Shown here in pieces: positions 7,779-17,045 of a DNA stretch of 28,911 nt. A program made the position numbers and the translations under genes. The DNA is from a bacterium. Lineage in GTDB: Bacteria > Krumholzibacteriota > Krumholzibacteriia > G020349025. Position 1 is the first letter of the stretch. The number at the start of each line of letters is the position of its first letter. The notes beneath the pieces were generated by a model. That model had not been told where the DNA came from. It searched no databases and saw only the letters and a program-made list of their open reading frames with translations. The stretch covers positions 1 through 28,911 of the forward strand of contig JANLSU010000075.1 in the NCBI GenBank assembly GCA_031362565.1. Direction: 5' to 3'.

Positions 7779-10273
7779 GCCTCGATTCGTTCGAGACGTT
7801 CGACGAGGCTGCGATTCTCTTTGCGGAGCGCATCGAGATCGACGCGCAGCGCCTTCCAAGCGTCCGGCGTCGCGTCTGTTCCTAAAGCCTGGATCGCGTC
7901 ACGCGCCGCTTTTTGCAGCCGCCCATCGACCTCGGCCGCCTCGAGCCGGCGCAATGCGCCAAGCGCCGGCGCCCGTCCCAACTTGCCGAGCGCATCGGCA
8001 GCCGAAAGCACCGTGAAAAACGACGTCTCGCGGAGCGCTGCTTCGAGCAGGTCCTGCACCTTGCGGCCGCGAGCCGGGAACGCGCGCCCGAGTACGGCGA
8101 GAGTGCGAAACGCCGCGTCACGCGCCCACCGCGACTGTCCCGGACCGGCGTAGGGCAGCACGGCTTCGAACCCCCGTTCGTCCTCGAGGTCGCCGATGGC
8201 CCGCAACGCGGCGGCGCGGATCAAGTCGCGAAACGCATCGGTCGCAAGCGCCGCCGCGAGAACCGGCCACGCCACAGCACCCTCGACACGCGCCAGGGCG
8301 GTGACCGTTTCAGCGCGTACGAAGTAGCTCTTTTCTTTTTTCCAGTGCTGGCGGAGCGCCGCCGCCACCGCCTTATCGCCGCGCAATTCCCCGAGAGCGC
8401 GAACGGCGCCGCGCCGGGCGCGCAGATCTCGATCGCCGAGGGCGGCGAGGAGGGCGCGGCGCGCGACGTCGCCCCCCAAACGCCCGAGGCTGGCGGCGAT
8501 GGCGCGTTTGGCGACGAAATAGCGCGGCCGCGGCAGCGCCGCGGCGAGGGCCAGGGCGACCTCGCTGTCGTGCACGAAACGCACCAGCCCTTCGGCTGCG
8601 TCAGCGACCCCGAAGGGATCCTTGTCGTGTTGAAGTTGCGCCAGCAACTCGCTCCGCGATGCTTCAAAACGCCAACGGCAGAGGATCCAGCGGCCCGGAT
8701 CGAGGCGGATCCACAGCGGCCGTGCCGCCGCCGGCAGGTGCACCGTTTGCTCGTCGCGTTCGACTTGAATCCGGCGCCGCTCACTGCCGCGCGCCGCACC
8801 GAGTTCGATGTCGAGCGGAAACGCAAAGGGCGGCCGGCCCGCGTCGCGTTCTTGGGTTTGCCGGAGACGCAACTTCACACTCGACGTCGGCTCGTCCCAG
8901 CTCCAAGTGGCTTCGATCTCCGGGAAACCCGCGCCATACACCCACTGGTCGAAGAACGCATCGAGATGGCGGCCGGTGGCTTCCTCGATGGCGATCTTGA
9001 AATCCGCCGTTTCGACGTTTTGAAATTGGTGCTTGCGCACATAGTGGCGCACCGCCCGCCAGAAGAGTTCGTCACCCAATTCGTTGCGCAGCATGTGCAG
9101 AACGAGGGCGCCCTTCTCGTACAGATGGCGGTCGAAGATTTCGATGGGCTTCGAATAGCGGCGTTCGACGATCGGGCGCCGGTAACGATCCTCGTCCTCG
9201 CGCCAGTAGTCGCGCGTGAACTCCTGGATCTCCCAGAGGAATTCGTCGCGGCCGCGATGGTGTTCGGCGAAGAGCGCTTCGAAATAGGTCGCAAATCCCT
9301 CGTTCAGCCACGCATGCGACCACTCCTTGCAGGTGACGAGGTTGCCCCACCACTGGTGGGCCAATTCGTGGGCGATGAGACCGTCACTGTGGAAATCGAG
9401 CGCCGCCGTCGCGTCGAGCAACACGGCATCGGTGAGCGTCGTCGCACTGACGTTCTCCATGCCGCCGAACATGAATTCGCCGACCACCGTCTGGGCGTAT
9501 TTCTCGTACGGATACGGGTAGCCGATAGCGTTGTTGAAGTAACGCATCATCGCCGGCGTATTGCCGAATGTGCGCCGCACGGCCGCCTTGTCACCCGGGT
9601 GCACGTAGTACACGAGCGGCACACCGTCGGCCTCGTCACGCACTTCGATGTACTCACCGACGACGATCGACAAGAGATAGGCCGGATGTGGGACGTCTTC
9701 ACGCCAATGGAAGGTGCGGACACGCCGGCCGTCGCGCACCCCGAGCAGTTTGCCGTTGGAGACGACGCGGTACGGAACGGGCACGGTCGCGACGACTTCG
9801 CTGGTGGCTTTTTCGTGCGGACTATCGAAGCACGGAAACCAGTGCCGCGAATCCTCGTCCTGCCCCTGCGACCAAATCTCGTACGGTCGATCCGGGTGGG
9901 CCGCATCGGGCCCGACAAAGTACAGGCCCCGGCGGGGTTCTCCCTCGTAGGCGACGGCAATCGTGACGGCGCGCCCGGCGGCCGCCGGCCGGGGGAAGAG
10001 GACCCGCAGGCGCTCGCCGTCGCGCTCGTGGCCGAGCGCCGCGCCGCCCGGCACCTGGACCCGCGTCACCTTGAGATTGGGAGCCAGGTCGAGGTCGATT
10101 TGGCGGAGCGCGCTGTGCAGCGGGGCGAGGCGCAGCGTGGCGACCCCGCGCACGAAACGTCGAACGGGGTCGAGTTCGAGCGCCAAGTGGATGTGCTGCA
10201 GATCGTAGGTGCGCGAGCGAGCGTACCGCGGCGTGGCGCTCGCGGCCGCGAACGGCTTGGGACGAGACGTCAC
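7724..10273 (-). CDS. pepN: M1-family zinc aminopeptidase with C-terminal HEAT-like repeats and coiled coil
   Basis: GGMEN, HELAHQWWG...WLNEGFATY (HExxH-18-E) and YEKGALVLHMLR. Ala/Leu/Arg HEAT-like repeats and an LRKENRSLVERLERIE tail. GTG 10273 chosen as start (ORF open to 10492). Confidence 0.9.
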   Translation of the reverse strand: MTSRPKPFAAASATPRYARSRTYDLQHIHLALELDPVRRFVRGVATLRLAPLHSALRQIDLDLAPNLKVTRVQVPGGAALGHERDGERLRVLFPRPAAAGRAVTIAVAYEGEPRRGLYFVGPDAAHPDRPYEIWSQGQDEDSRHWFPCFDSPHEKATSEVVATVPVPYRVVSNGKLLGVRDGRRVRTFHWREDVPHPAYLLSIVVGEYIEVRDEADGVPLVYYVHPGDKAAVRRTFGNTPAMMRYFNNAIGYPYPYEKYAQTVVGEFMFGGMENVSATTLTDAVLLDATAALDFHSDGLIAHELAHQWWGNLVTCKEWSHAWLNEGFATYFEALFAEHHRGRDEFLWEIQEFTRDYWREDEDRYRRPIVERRYSKPIEIFDRHLYEKGALVLHMLRNELGDELFWRAVRHYVRKHQFQNVETADFKIAIEEATGRHLDAFFDQWVYGAGFPEIEATWSWDEPTSSVKLRLRQTQERDAGRPPFAFPLDIELGAARGSERRRIQVERDEQTVHLPAAARPLWIRLDPGRWILCRWRFEASRSELLAQLQHDKDPFGVADAAEGLVRFVHDSEVALALAAALPRPRYFVAKRAIAASLGRLGGDVARRALLAALGDRDLRARRGAVRALGELRGDKAVAAALRQHWKKEKSYFVRAETVTALARVEGAVAWPVLAAALATDAFRDLIRAAALRAIGDLEDERGFEAVLPYAGPGQSRWARDAAFRTLAVLGRAFPARGRKVQDLLEAALRETSFFTVLSAADALGKLGRAPALGALRRLEAAEVDGRLQKAARDAIQALGTDATPDAWKALRVDLDALRKENRSLVERLERIEAQGSPAAGKRRSPARRSG

Positions 10274-10463
10274 GAGCAAGCCCCCGTTGGCTAGGACTGG
10301 TGCGGACGGCGACGGCCGACAACGTAGCATCGACGCCAGCGTGCGTCCAGGCGATCGGATCGAGCCGCAAGGCGCCGGGCCAGCAAGCAAGTCCCCGCAA
10401 GGGCCACGGACTGTGGCATTCTGTGTGCTGGCCCGAGGCAGAGCGTTGGGGAGGAGTCTGGAC

Positions 10464-10925
10464 GTGGACCCGATTGGTGCCGGCACGCGCAAGCGGATCG
10501 TTGTGGTTTGTTACGGCAACATCTGCAGAAGTCCGACCGCTGAAGCGTTGCTCAAGCAGGCGCTGCGGCAAACCGGTTTGGACCGCGGCTTCCTGGTGCG
10601 GTCCGCCGGCGTCGGCGCCCAGCCGGGCACACCGGTGCCGAAGCTGGCACAGGACGTCGCCACCGCCAACGGACTCGACGTTTCGACCCATCGCGCCCGC
10701 CGCCTCACGGTCGAGATGGCACGTGAAGCCGAGTATCTGATCGCGCTCGACGAAGTGGTCGAAGAGGAGATCGCGATTCTGGCCGGCGACGTCGGCATTA
10801 TCCTTTGGCCGGTCGACGACCCTTATGGCGGGTCACGGCGGTCCTACGAACGTGCATTCGCCGACATCGAGACGCACGTCGGGGCATTTGTCGCCGAGTT
10901 GCGCAGCCGGGCCGCAACGCCGTGA
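10464..10925 (+). CDS. Low-molecular-weight protein-tyrosine phosphatase (Wzb/PtpA-like)
   Basis: P-loop VVVCYGNICRSPTAE, SAG and DDPY motifs. GAGGAG RBS before GTG 10464. Confidence 0.88.
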   Translation: MDPIGAGTRKRIVVVCYGNICRSPTAEALLKQALRQTGLDRGFLVRSAGVGAQPGTPVPKLAQDVATANGLDVSTHRARRLTVEMAREAEYLIALDEVVEEEIAILAGDVGIILWPVDDPYGGSRRSYERAFADIETHVGAFVAELRSRAATP

Positions 10926-11896
10926 CGCGCCAGGCTCTGCCGCGTCGCGCCACACAACCGCGCCAGACGATCGCGGTGCTTGGGACGCTGACGCGCGACA
11001 CCACCGTGTACGCCGACGGCCGCCGCACCGAGAATCTCGGCGGTCTGCTCTACACGCTTTCGACGCTGGCGCACCTGTCGGCCGGCAAGATCCGGATTCT
11101 GCCGGTCGCAAATGTCGGCCAAGACCTCGCGTCCGCAGTCGAACGCGCCCTTCAGCTCCCGGGCGTCGACACGGCTCTCGTGCGGCGCGTGCCGGTTGCC
11201 AACAACCACGTGTACCTCACGTATCGCGACGCCGAAACGCGTGACGAGGTGCTCGTTGGACTCGTCCCGCCGGTCGACCTGGCGCACGCGTTGGCGGCCC
11301 TTCAAGCCGATCACTTCCTCGTCAACCTGACATCCGGGCTCGACGTGGAACTCGCGACGCTGCAAGCGCTGCGCCGCCAGTTTCACGGCACCATCCAGCT
11401 CGACATTCACAGTCTGACACTCGGGTTCGCGGCCGACGGTCTGCGCGTCTTGCGGCGGCCCGAAGATTGGCGCCAGTGGGTGCGCTGTGCCGACTGGGTA
11501 CAGATGAACGAGACCGAAGCGCGGCTTTTGGGAGATGGGGCCGAGCCGGAGGCGTTCGCCGCGCGCCTGCTGGACCTCGGGCCACGTGTTGTTCTCGTCA
11601 CTTTGGCGGCGCACGGGGTGTTCGCGTGCTGGGAAGAAGCGGGTGTGCGGCAGTCGTTGCGGCTCGCGGCGGCGCACCGCTGGCCGGCGCCGTTTCCAAC
11701 CGGTTGTGGCGATGTGTTTGGCGCTGCCTTCGCATACGCGCGCTTGGCGGGCGCGTCGACGCCGGACAGCGTCCGCATCGCCAACGGTGTGGCGAGCACC
11801 AAGGCCGGGATCGAACCCTACGCCGAACTCACAAACATTCGCCGCCACGCGGCCGCGCATCTCGAGCCGCTCGGGCGTGCGGCGGTGCACGCCTGA
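10922..11896 (+). CDS. PfkB/ribokinase-family carbohydrate kinase
   Basis: IAVLGTLTRD, GG, QMNETEA, VTLAAHG and PTGCGDVFGAAF anion-hole motif. GTGA overlap with the upstream stop. Confidence 0.82.
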   Translation: MTRQALPRRATQPRQTIAVLGTLTRDTTVYADGRRTENLGGLLYTLSTLAHLSAGKIRILPVANVGQDLASAVERALQLPGVDTALVRRVPVANNHVYLTYRDAETRDEVLVGLVPPVDLAHALAALQADHFLVNLTSGLDVELATLQALRRQFHGTIQLDIHSLTLGFAADGLRVLRRPEDWRQWVRCADWVQMNETEARLLGDGAEPEAFAARLLDLGPRVVLVTLAAHGVFACWEEAGVRQSLRLAAAHRWPAPFPTGCGDVFGAAFAYARLAGASTPDSVRIANGVASTKAGIEPYAELTNIRRHAAAHLEPLGRAAVHA

Positions 11897-11918
11897 TTTC
11901 GGCGCTGCGGCGCCGCGG

Positions 11919-13865
11919 TCAATCTTCCTCGGCGGCGCGCAGACGCGCCAGCACCGAGTAGTCTTCGAGTGTCGTCGTGTCGCCGGCGGTTTCGCGCCCG
12001 GCGGCGATGTCCTTGAGCAGCCGGCGCATGATCTTGCCGCTGCGCGTTTTCGGCAGGGAATCGGTGAACCGGATCTCCTCCGGGCGCGCCAGGGCGCCGA
12101 TCTCCTTATCGACGTGGGCGCGTAGCTCCGTTCGCAGGGCGTCGCTCGCCACGCCGTGTTGCGACAAGGTCACGAACGCCGTGATCGCTTGCCCTTTGAT
12201 TTCGTCGGGCCGTCCGACGACGGCTGCTTCGGCCACCTGCGGATGGCTGACGAGGGCGCTCTCGATTTCCATCGTGCCGAGGCGATGCCCGCTGACGTTG
12301 ATGACGTCGTCGACGCGTCCCATGATCCAGTAGTAGCCATCCGCGTCACGCCGTGCACCGTCGCCCGTGAAGTAGATGCCGGGGAAGTCGGTCCAGTAAC
12401 TTTGTACGAAACGCTCCGGGTCACCGTAGAGGGTTCGGGCCATCGACGGCCAAGGACGGCGCAACACCAGCAAACCGCCGCCTTCCGGACCCACGGAACT
12501 GCCGTCGCGATTGACGACATCCGGCACGACGCCGTAGAACGGCCGGGTCACCGAACCGGGTTTCGTGGGTGTCGCACCCGGCAGTGGCGAGATCATGATG
12601 GCGCCGGTCTCGGTCTGCCACCACGTGTCGACGATCGGGCAACGCTCCTTGCCGATCACCTTCTGGTACCACATCCAGGCCTCGGGATTGATCGGCTCGC
12701 CGACCGTGCCCAAAAGGCGCAGGCTGCCGAGATCATGCTGCAGCGGCCACTGTTCGCCCCAGCGCACGAACGTCCGAATGGCGGTCGGTGCGGTGTAGAG
12801 AATCGACACGTGGTGCGTGTCGATCATCTTCCACCAGCGGTCCGGCTGCGGTTGATTCGGCGCGCCTTCATACATGAAAACGGTGGCGCCGTTGGCGAGC
12901 GGTCCGTAAACGACATAACTGTGCCCGGTCACCCAGCCGATGTCGGCGGTGCACCAGTACACATCGTCGTCGCGCAGGTCGAAGACGGTTCGCGTCGTGA
13001 GCCAGGTGCCCACCATGTAACCGCCGGTCGTGTGCAGGACGCCTTTGGGTTTGCCGGTCGTACCGCTCGTATACAGAATGAAGAGCGGATGCTCGGCGTC
13101 GAGCGGCACGGCGGGGCAGTCGGCGGAGACTCCATCGAGAAGTTCATGCCACCAGTGGTCGCGCCCCGAGTGGAAGGCCACGGGCTGGCCCGTGCGGCGC
13201 ACCACAATGACGTTTTGGACGCTCGGCATGCGCTGCACCGCGGCGTCGACCGCCTTCTTGAGTTCCACCGTGGCGCCTTTGCGAAAGCCGCCGTCGGCCG
13301 TGATGATGAGCTTGGCTTGCATGTCGTTCATTCGATCGGCCAAGGCTTCGGCGCTGAACCCGCCAAAGACGACGCTGTGCGTAGCGCCGATGCGCGCACA
13401 CGCGAGCATTGCGATGACCGCTTCCGGAATGAGCGGCATGTAGATGCCGACGCGGTCGCCGGCGACGATCCCGAGGCGGCCGAGGGCGTTCGCAGCCCGA
13501 CACACTTCGTGGTGCAGGGCACCGTAGGTGAACGTCCGGACGTCGCCGGGCTCGCCCTCCCAAATGAGCGCCGCCTTGTTCCGGCGTCCGGCTGCGAGAT
13601 GCACGTCGAGGCAGTTGTAAGCGAGGTTGGTTTGGCCGCCCACGAACCACTGGGCCCACGGCACATTCCAGTCCAGGACCCGGTCCCATTTCCGGAACCA
13701 GTGCAGTTGGGACGCCATCTCGCTCCAGAACTCGTCCGGAGCATCGACCGACCGGCGGTAGGTGCGCTCGTATTCCTCGAAGCTCGGGACGCGCGCCCGC
13801 GCGCTCCATTCCGGATCGGGTACGAACACGCGGTCCTCGCGCAGCAGCGAGCGGATATCGGACAC
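11919..13865 (-). CDS. acs: Acetyl-CoA synthetase (AMP-forming)
   Basis: [50 protein letters not shown] and [25 protein letters not shown]. Confidence 0.97.
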   Translation of the reverse strand: MSDIRSLLREDRVFVPDPEWSARARVPSFEEYERTYRRSVDAPDEFWSEMASQLHWFRKWDRVLDWNVPWAQWFVGGQTNLAYNCLDVHLAAGRRNKAALIWEGEPGDVRTFTYGALHHEVCRAANALGRLGIVAGDRVGIYMPLIPEAVIAMLACARIGATHSVVFGGFSAEALADRMNDMQAKLIITADGGFRKGATVELKKAVDAAVQRMPSVQNVIVVRRTGQPVAFHSGRDHWWHELLDGVSADCPAVPLDAEHPLFILYTSGTTGKPKGVLHTTGGYMVGTWLTTRTVFDLRDDDVYWCTADIGWVTGHSYVVYGPLANGATVFMYEGAPNQPQPDRWWKMIDTHHVSILYTAPTAIRTFVRWGEQWPLQHDLGSLRLLGTVGEPINPEAWMWYQKVIGKERCPIVDTWWQTETGAIMISPLPGATPTKPGSVTRPFYGVVPDVVNRDGSSVGPEGGGLLVLRRPWPSMARTLYGDPERFVQSYWTDFPGIYFTGDGARRDADGYYWIMGRVDDVINVSGHRLGTMEIESALVSHPQVAEAAVVGRPDEIKGQAITAFVTLSQHGVASDALRTELRAHVDKEIGALARPEEIRFTDSLPKTRSGKIMRRLLKDIAAGRETAGDTTTLEDYSVLARLRAAEED

Positions 13866-13918
13866 GTGCGCTCACCTCCAGGCGATGCGGGATCTTGGTG
13901 CGCCATCGCAGTGGCCGC

Positions 13919-13947
13919 ACGCTAGCAGAGCGGCGCGGCAGTCTCAA
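13919..13947 (-). promoter_or_regulatory. Putative sigma70 promoter of acs
   Basis: Minus strand TTGAGA-17 nt-TAGCGT with an extended -10 TG, about 55 nt upstream of the start. Confidence 0.55.
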
Positions 13948-14126
13948 CTCCTGGCGGTGCCAAGGCGCTGCAGGTCCGGGTTGGCCTGCCGGTTGGCGGC
14001 ACGCGCCCCGCCCAAGTGCTACCATGCGCCCGTGTCGAGCCCAAACACTCCCCAGACCCATCGCGTGCCTGCCTCGGCGGCGCTCACCCCCGGCTCGCGG
14101 CCGCTCGCATCGGCGAGGGCCAACGC

Positions 14127-14999
14127 ATGACTCAATCCGGCACGATCGCTCGCAACACCGCCGTCTTGTTCGCCGGCAAGCTCGCCGCACTGGCTTGCAG
14201 CTTATTGCTCGTCCGGTTGCTGACGCGCGAAATGGGGGTGCTGGGGTTCGGCGCGTATGTGGTCGCGCTGGTCTATGCGCAATTGTTCGGCCTCGCAGCC
14301 GATCTGGGTGTCAACGTCATCGTCTTGAAGCGACTCGCCACACCGCAGCGTGATGACAGCCAATGGGTGGGAATGGCGCTTGGTCTGCGCTTGGTCACAG
14401 TGGCGCTATTCGTGCTCGGAGCCGCGGCAATCGCGCCAGTGATGGGGTATGACGCCCCGATGCGACGGGCCATTCTGGCGGCTCTGCTCGCGACCGCGGT
14501 GCAGGGCGTGAACTCGCTCTTCGTGGTTGTTCTACAGGCGCGCCTGCAATCGCACCATTCGGCTCTTGCGGAAGTAGCGGGCCGGCTCACGACTCTCGGA
14601 CTGTCCTTCGCGGTCCTGCGCGCCGGCGGCGGGGTTGTTGCGGTGTTGCTCGCACAGGCAGCCGGTGCCGGCATCCAGCTCGGGTGGACGGGTCTGGCGG
14701 CGGTGCGCATCGTGCGCTGGGCACGCCTTTGGCAACCGGGACAATGGCGCGGCACACTTGCACAGGCGCTGCCGGTCGGCATTTCGACCGTGTTGGGCTT
14801 CATCTATTTCAAGGCCGACACGCTGCTCTTGTCGCGCCTACGCTTTGCGACACCGGGATCCTATCGCCGGGCCGTGCTACAGTTGGCGTGGAAGTTGGTG
14901 CGCCAGAGCGCGAAGCACTGCACGCATCCGCGTTTCGTTCTGGCGTTATGGCAGGGATACGGCGCGGGATTGCGCGGTAAGTCAGGCAGGGCGCGCTGA
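14127..14999 (+). pseudogene. wzx: Truncated Wzx-like flippase (N-terminal ~240 aa) read in frame into an unrelated ~50-aa tail
   Basis: IARNTA...ADLG...GFIYFKADTLLLS aligns with the two full-length flippases in the window. Similarity stops at about 14843, where the paralogues continue with VGxYGVAYK and roughly 240 more residues. Confidence 0.7.
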
Positions 15000-15886
15000 A
15001 CACGACACCCGTCTCCCAATCTTCCGGGCGCTCGGTTGCGGTGCTGATCGTCAACTACGGGACGCCGGACCTGACGCTGACCGCCGCGGGTTCTGCCTGC
15101 GACGACCCGCGGGTGGGCGAAGTCATCGTCGTCGACAATGCGGCCCCCGGCGATCCGACGAGCGTGCCGCGGCTGCGCGATTTCGCCGCCCAGCACGCCG
15201 ATCGGGTGCGCTTCGTCGCCGCGGGCGTGAATCGCGGCTTTGGCGCCGGGACCAATCTCGCGGCTGCACAGGCGACGTTGCCCTATCTCTTCCTGTTGAA
15301 CAGCGATGCGACCCTGCAGCCGGGCGCTCTGCAGCCGTTGATCGACGCGCTGGCCGATACGGGTGTTGGCGTCGTCGCGCCGCCGGTCTATCAGCCGGAC
15401 GGAACCTTGCAGCCGGATGCGTTCGGGCGTTTTCCAACCCCATGGCGAATTCTGCTGCGCCGGACGCGCGCCCGGCGCAACGACCCATCGCCCGATTGGG
15501 TGTCCGGCGTTGCCTGTCTCGTGCGGCGTGCGGAGTTCATGCAGAGCGGCGGGTTCGACGAAGCAATTTTCATGTACCACGAGGACGTTGAACTCTGCTG
15601 GCGCTATCGCCGGCAGCTCGGCCGCTCGATCCGCCGTTTGCAGAGCGGCGCCGGCGTTGTGCACCAAGGCGGCGCGAGCCACCCGGTATCGCGCCTGCAG
15701 CGCCAGACCTACGACCGGTCACAAGACTATTTCCTGCACGAGATCGGTTGTTCCGCCGCGTCGCGCCGCCTGGTGCGACTGGTGCGTGCCGTGTACCGGC
15801 GGGCCGGGGGCCCGAGGCTCACGGGCCCGGTTTCGGCGCCGGCCGGCGGCGCCGACGTGCCGTCGGGGCGCGGAGGTGCGCCGTGA
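14996..15886 (+). CDS. GT2 glycosyltransferase (WbbL/rhamnosyltransferase-like)
   Basis: VAVLIVNY, VVDNA, NRGFGAGTN, LLNSDA, DWVSGVACLVRR and GGFDEAIFMYHEDVELC. Start uncertain: CTG 14996 or GTG 15041. Confidence 0.88.
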   Translation: MNTTPVSQSSGRSVAVLIVNYGTPDLTLTAAGSACDDPRVGEVIVVDNAAPGDPTSVPRLRDFAAQHADRVRFVAAGVNRGFGAGTNLAAAQATLPYLFLLNSDATLQPGALQPLIDALADTGVGVVAPPVYQPDGTLQPDAFGRFPTPWRILLRRTRARRNDPSPDWVSGVACLVRRAEFMQSGGFDEAIFMYHEDVELCWRYRRQLGRSIRRLQSGAGVVHQGGASHPVSRLQRQTYDRSQDYFLHEIGCSAASRRLVRLVRAVYRRAGGPRLTGPVSAPAGGADVPSGRGGAP

Positions 15887-16995
15887 GAATCGCCTTGGAT
15901 GCGAGAATGATCGCCCACTCCGGGATCGGAACCTACACCCGGGGACTCTTGCAGGGCTTGCTGCGCGTCGACACGCAAAACGAATACGTATTGTTCGTGA
16001 ACCCGGGCGGCGAATTGCATGTCCCGCCGGACCCGCGCGTCCGTGTCCAGCCGGTGAACGTTCCGGTGTATGGCGTGGCGGAGCGTCTGTGGTTCGGGCG
16101 CACCCTGGAACGGGCCGGGTGCGACGTCGTGCATGTGCCGCACTACAACATCCCTTGGTGGCCGCCGCGCCGGACGGTGGTCACGCTGCACGACGCGATT
16201 CACGTGTTGTTTCCACAATTCGTCGTGGGGCGGGGGCGGGCGGCGGTCGCGCGCCTGCTGCTGTCGCGCGCCGTGCGTCGCAGCGCGGCGATTTTGGCCG
16301 ACTCGGAATCGACGCGCCGGGACCTGCAACGGTTGTTTCCAGGTGCTGCACAAAACGTCGCCGTCGCATTTCCCGGTCTCGATGCCATCTACGGGCCGCA
16401 GCCGGTGCCGGAGGTGGAGGCGTTCCGCGCCCGGCACCGCTTGCCAAAACGTTACGCCTTGTTCGTGGGCCTGCTGCGCCCGCACAAGAATGTCGAGCGC
16501 TTGGTGGAGGCGTTCACGGTTTGTGCGGCCCGTCTCGGACCGGACACCCGGCTCGTGGTGCGCGGCGCGCCGGATGCGCGATTCCCGGCCATCTCGGCGG
16601 CGCTAGCTGCGGGTGCCGAGCGGGGCGTCGTGCAATGGCTGACCACCGCGGTCCGAGCCTGCGACATGCCGCTCTTGTATGCCGGGGCGCGCGTTCTGGT
16701 CTGTCCGTCGCTGTCCGAAGGCTTCGGCCTACCGGTCGTGGAAGCCATGGCGTGCGGCACACCGGTGGTCGCGGCGCGGGCCGGCTCTTTGCCCGAAGTC
16801 GCCGGCGACGCCGCACTCTATGTCGACCCGCTGGATGCTGCCGACTTGAGCCAGCAGATGGAGCGCGCCTTCAACGACGAGGCGTTGCGTGCGGGGCTCG
16901 TGCAGCGTGGCTTGGCGCAAGCGCGCCGATTCGATTGGCGCACGACCGCCGAACGCACATTGGCGGTGTACGAACGGGTTGCGCGCCACGCCTGA
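15883..16995 (+). CDS. GT4 glycosyltransferase (mannosyltransferase-like)
   Basis: MRIALDAR, SGIGTY, VVTLHD, PHKN and EGFGLPVVEAMACGTPVV. GGAGG RBS and GTGA coupling. Confidence 0.92.
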   Translation: MRIALDARMIAHSGIGTYTRGLLQGLLRVDTQNEYVLFVNPGGELHVPPDPRVRVQPVNVPVYGVAERLWFGRTLERAGCDVVHVPHYNIPWWPPRRTVVTLHDAIHVLFPQFVVGRGRAAVARLLLSRAVRRSAAILADSESTRRDLQRLFPGAAQNVAVAFPGLDAIYGPQPVPEVEAFRARHRLPKRYALFVGLLRPHKNVERLVEAFTVCAARLGPDTRLVVRGAPDARFPAISAALAAGAERGVVQWLTTAVRACDMPLLYAGARVLVCPSLSEGFGLPVVEAMACGTPVVAARAGSLPEVAGDAALYVDPLDAADLSQQMERAFNDEALRAGLVQRGLAQARRFDWRTTAERTLAVYERVARHA

Positions 16996-17045
16996 TGGAA
17001 GCCGTCGCGTGCCGTGGCCGCTTCGTTCGGCGCGTTGCCGGGTGT

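Noticed and set aside
7913..10294. 793-aa + strand ORF, and similar long shadow ORFs (12156-13925, 3427-4845, 15363-17051, 16729-18159, 17088-18245, 20788-22287, 24221-25810)
   Set aside because: They are antisense or alternate-frame to genes with clear family motifs and have no recognisable domains. Long open frames are expected at this GC content.
10464..10925. Arsenate reductase ArsC or arginine phosphatase YwlE
   Set aside because: The P-loop CYGNICRS with DDPY fits the tyrosine-type LMW-PTP, and there is no ars operon context.
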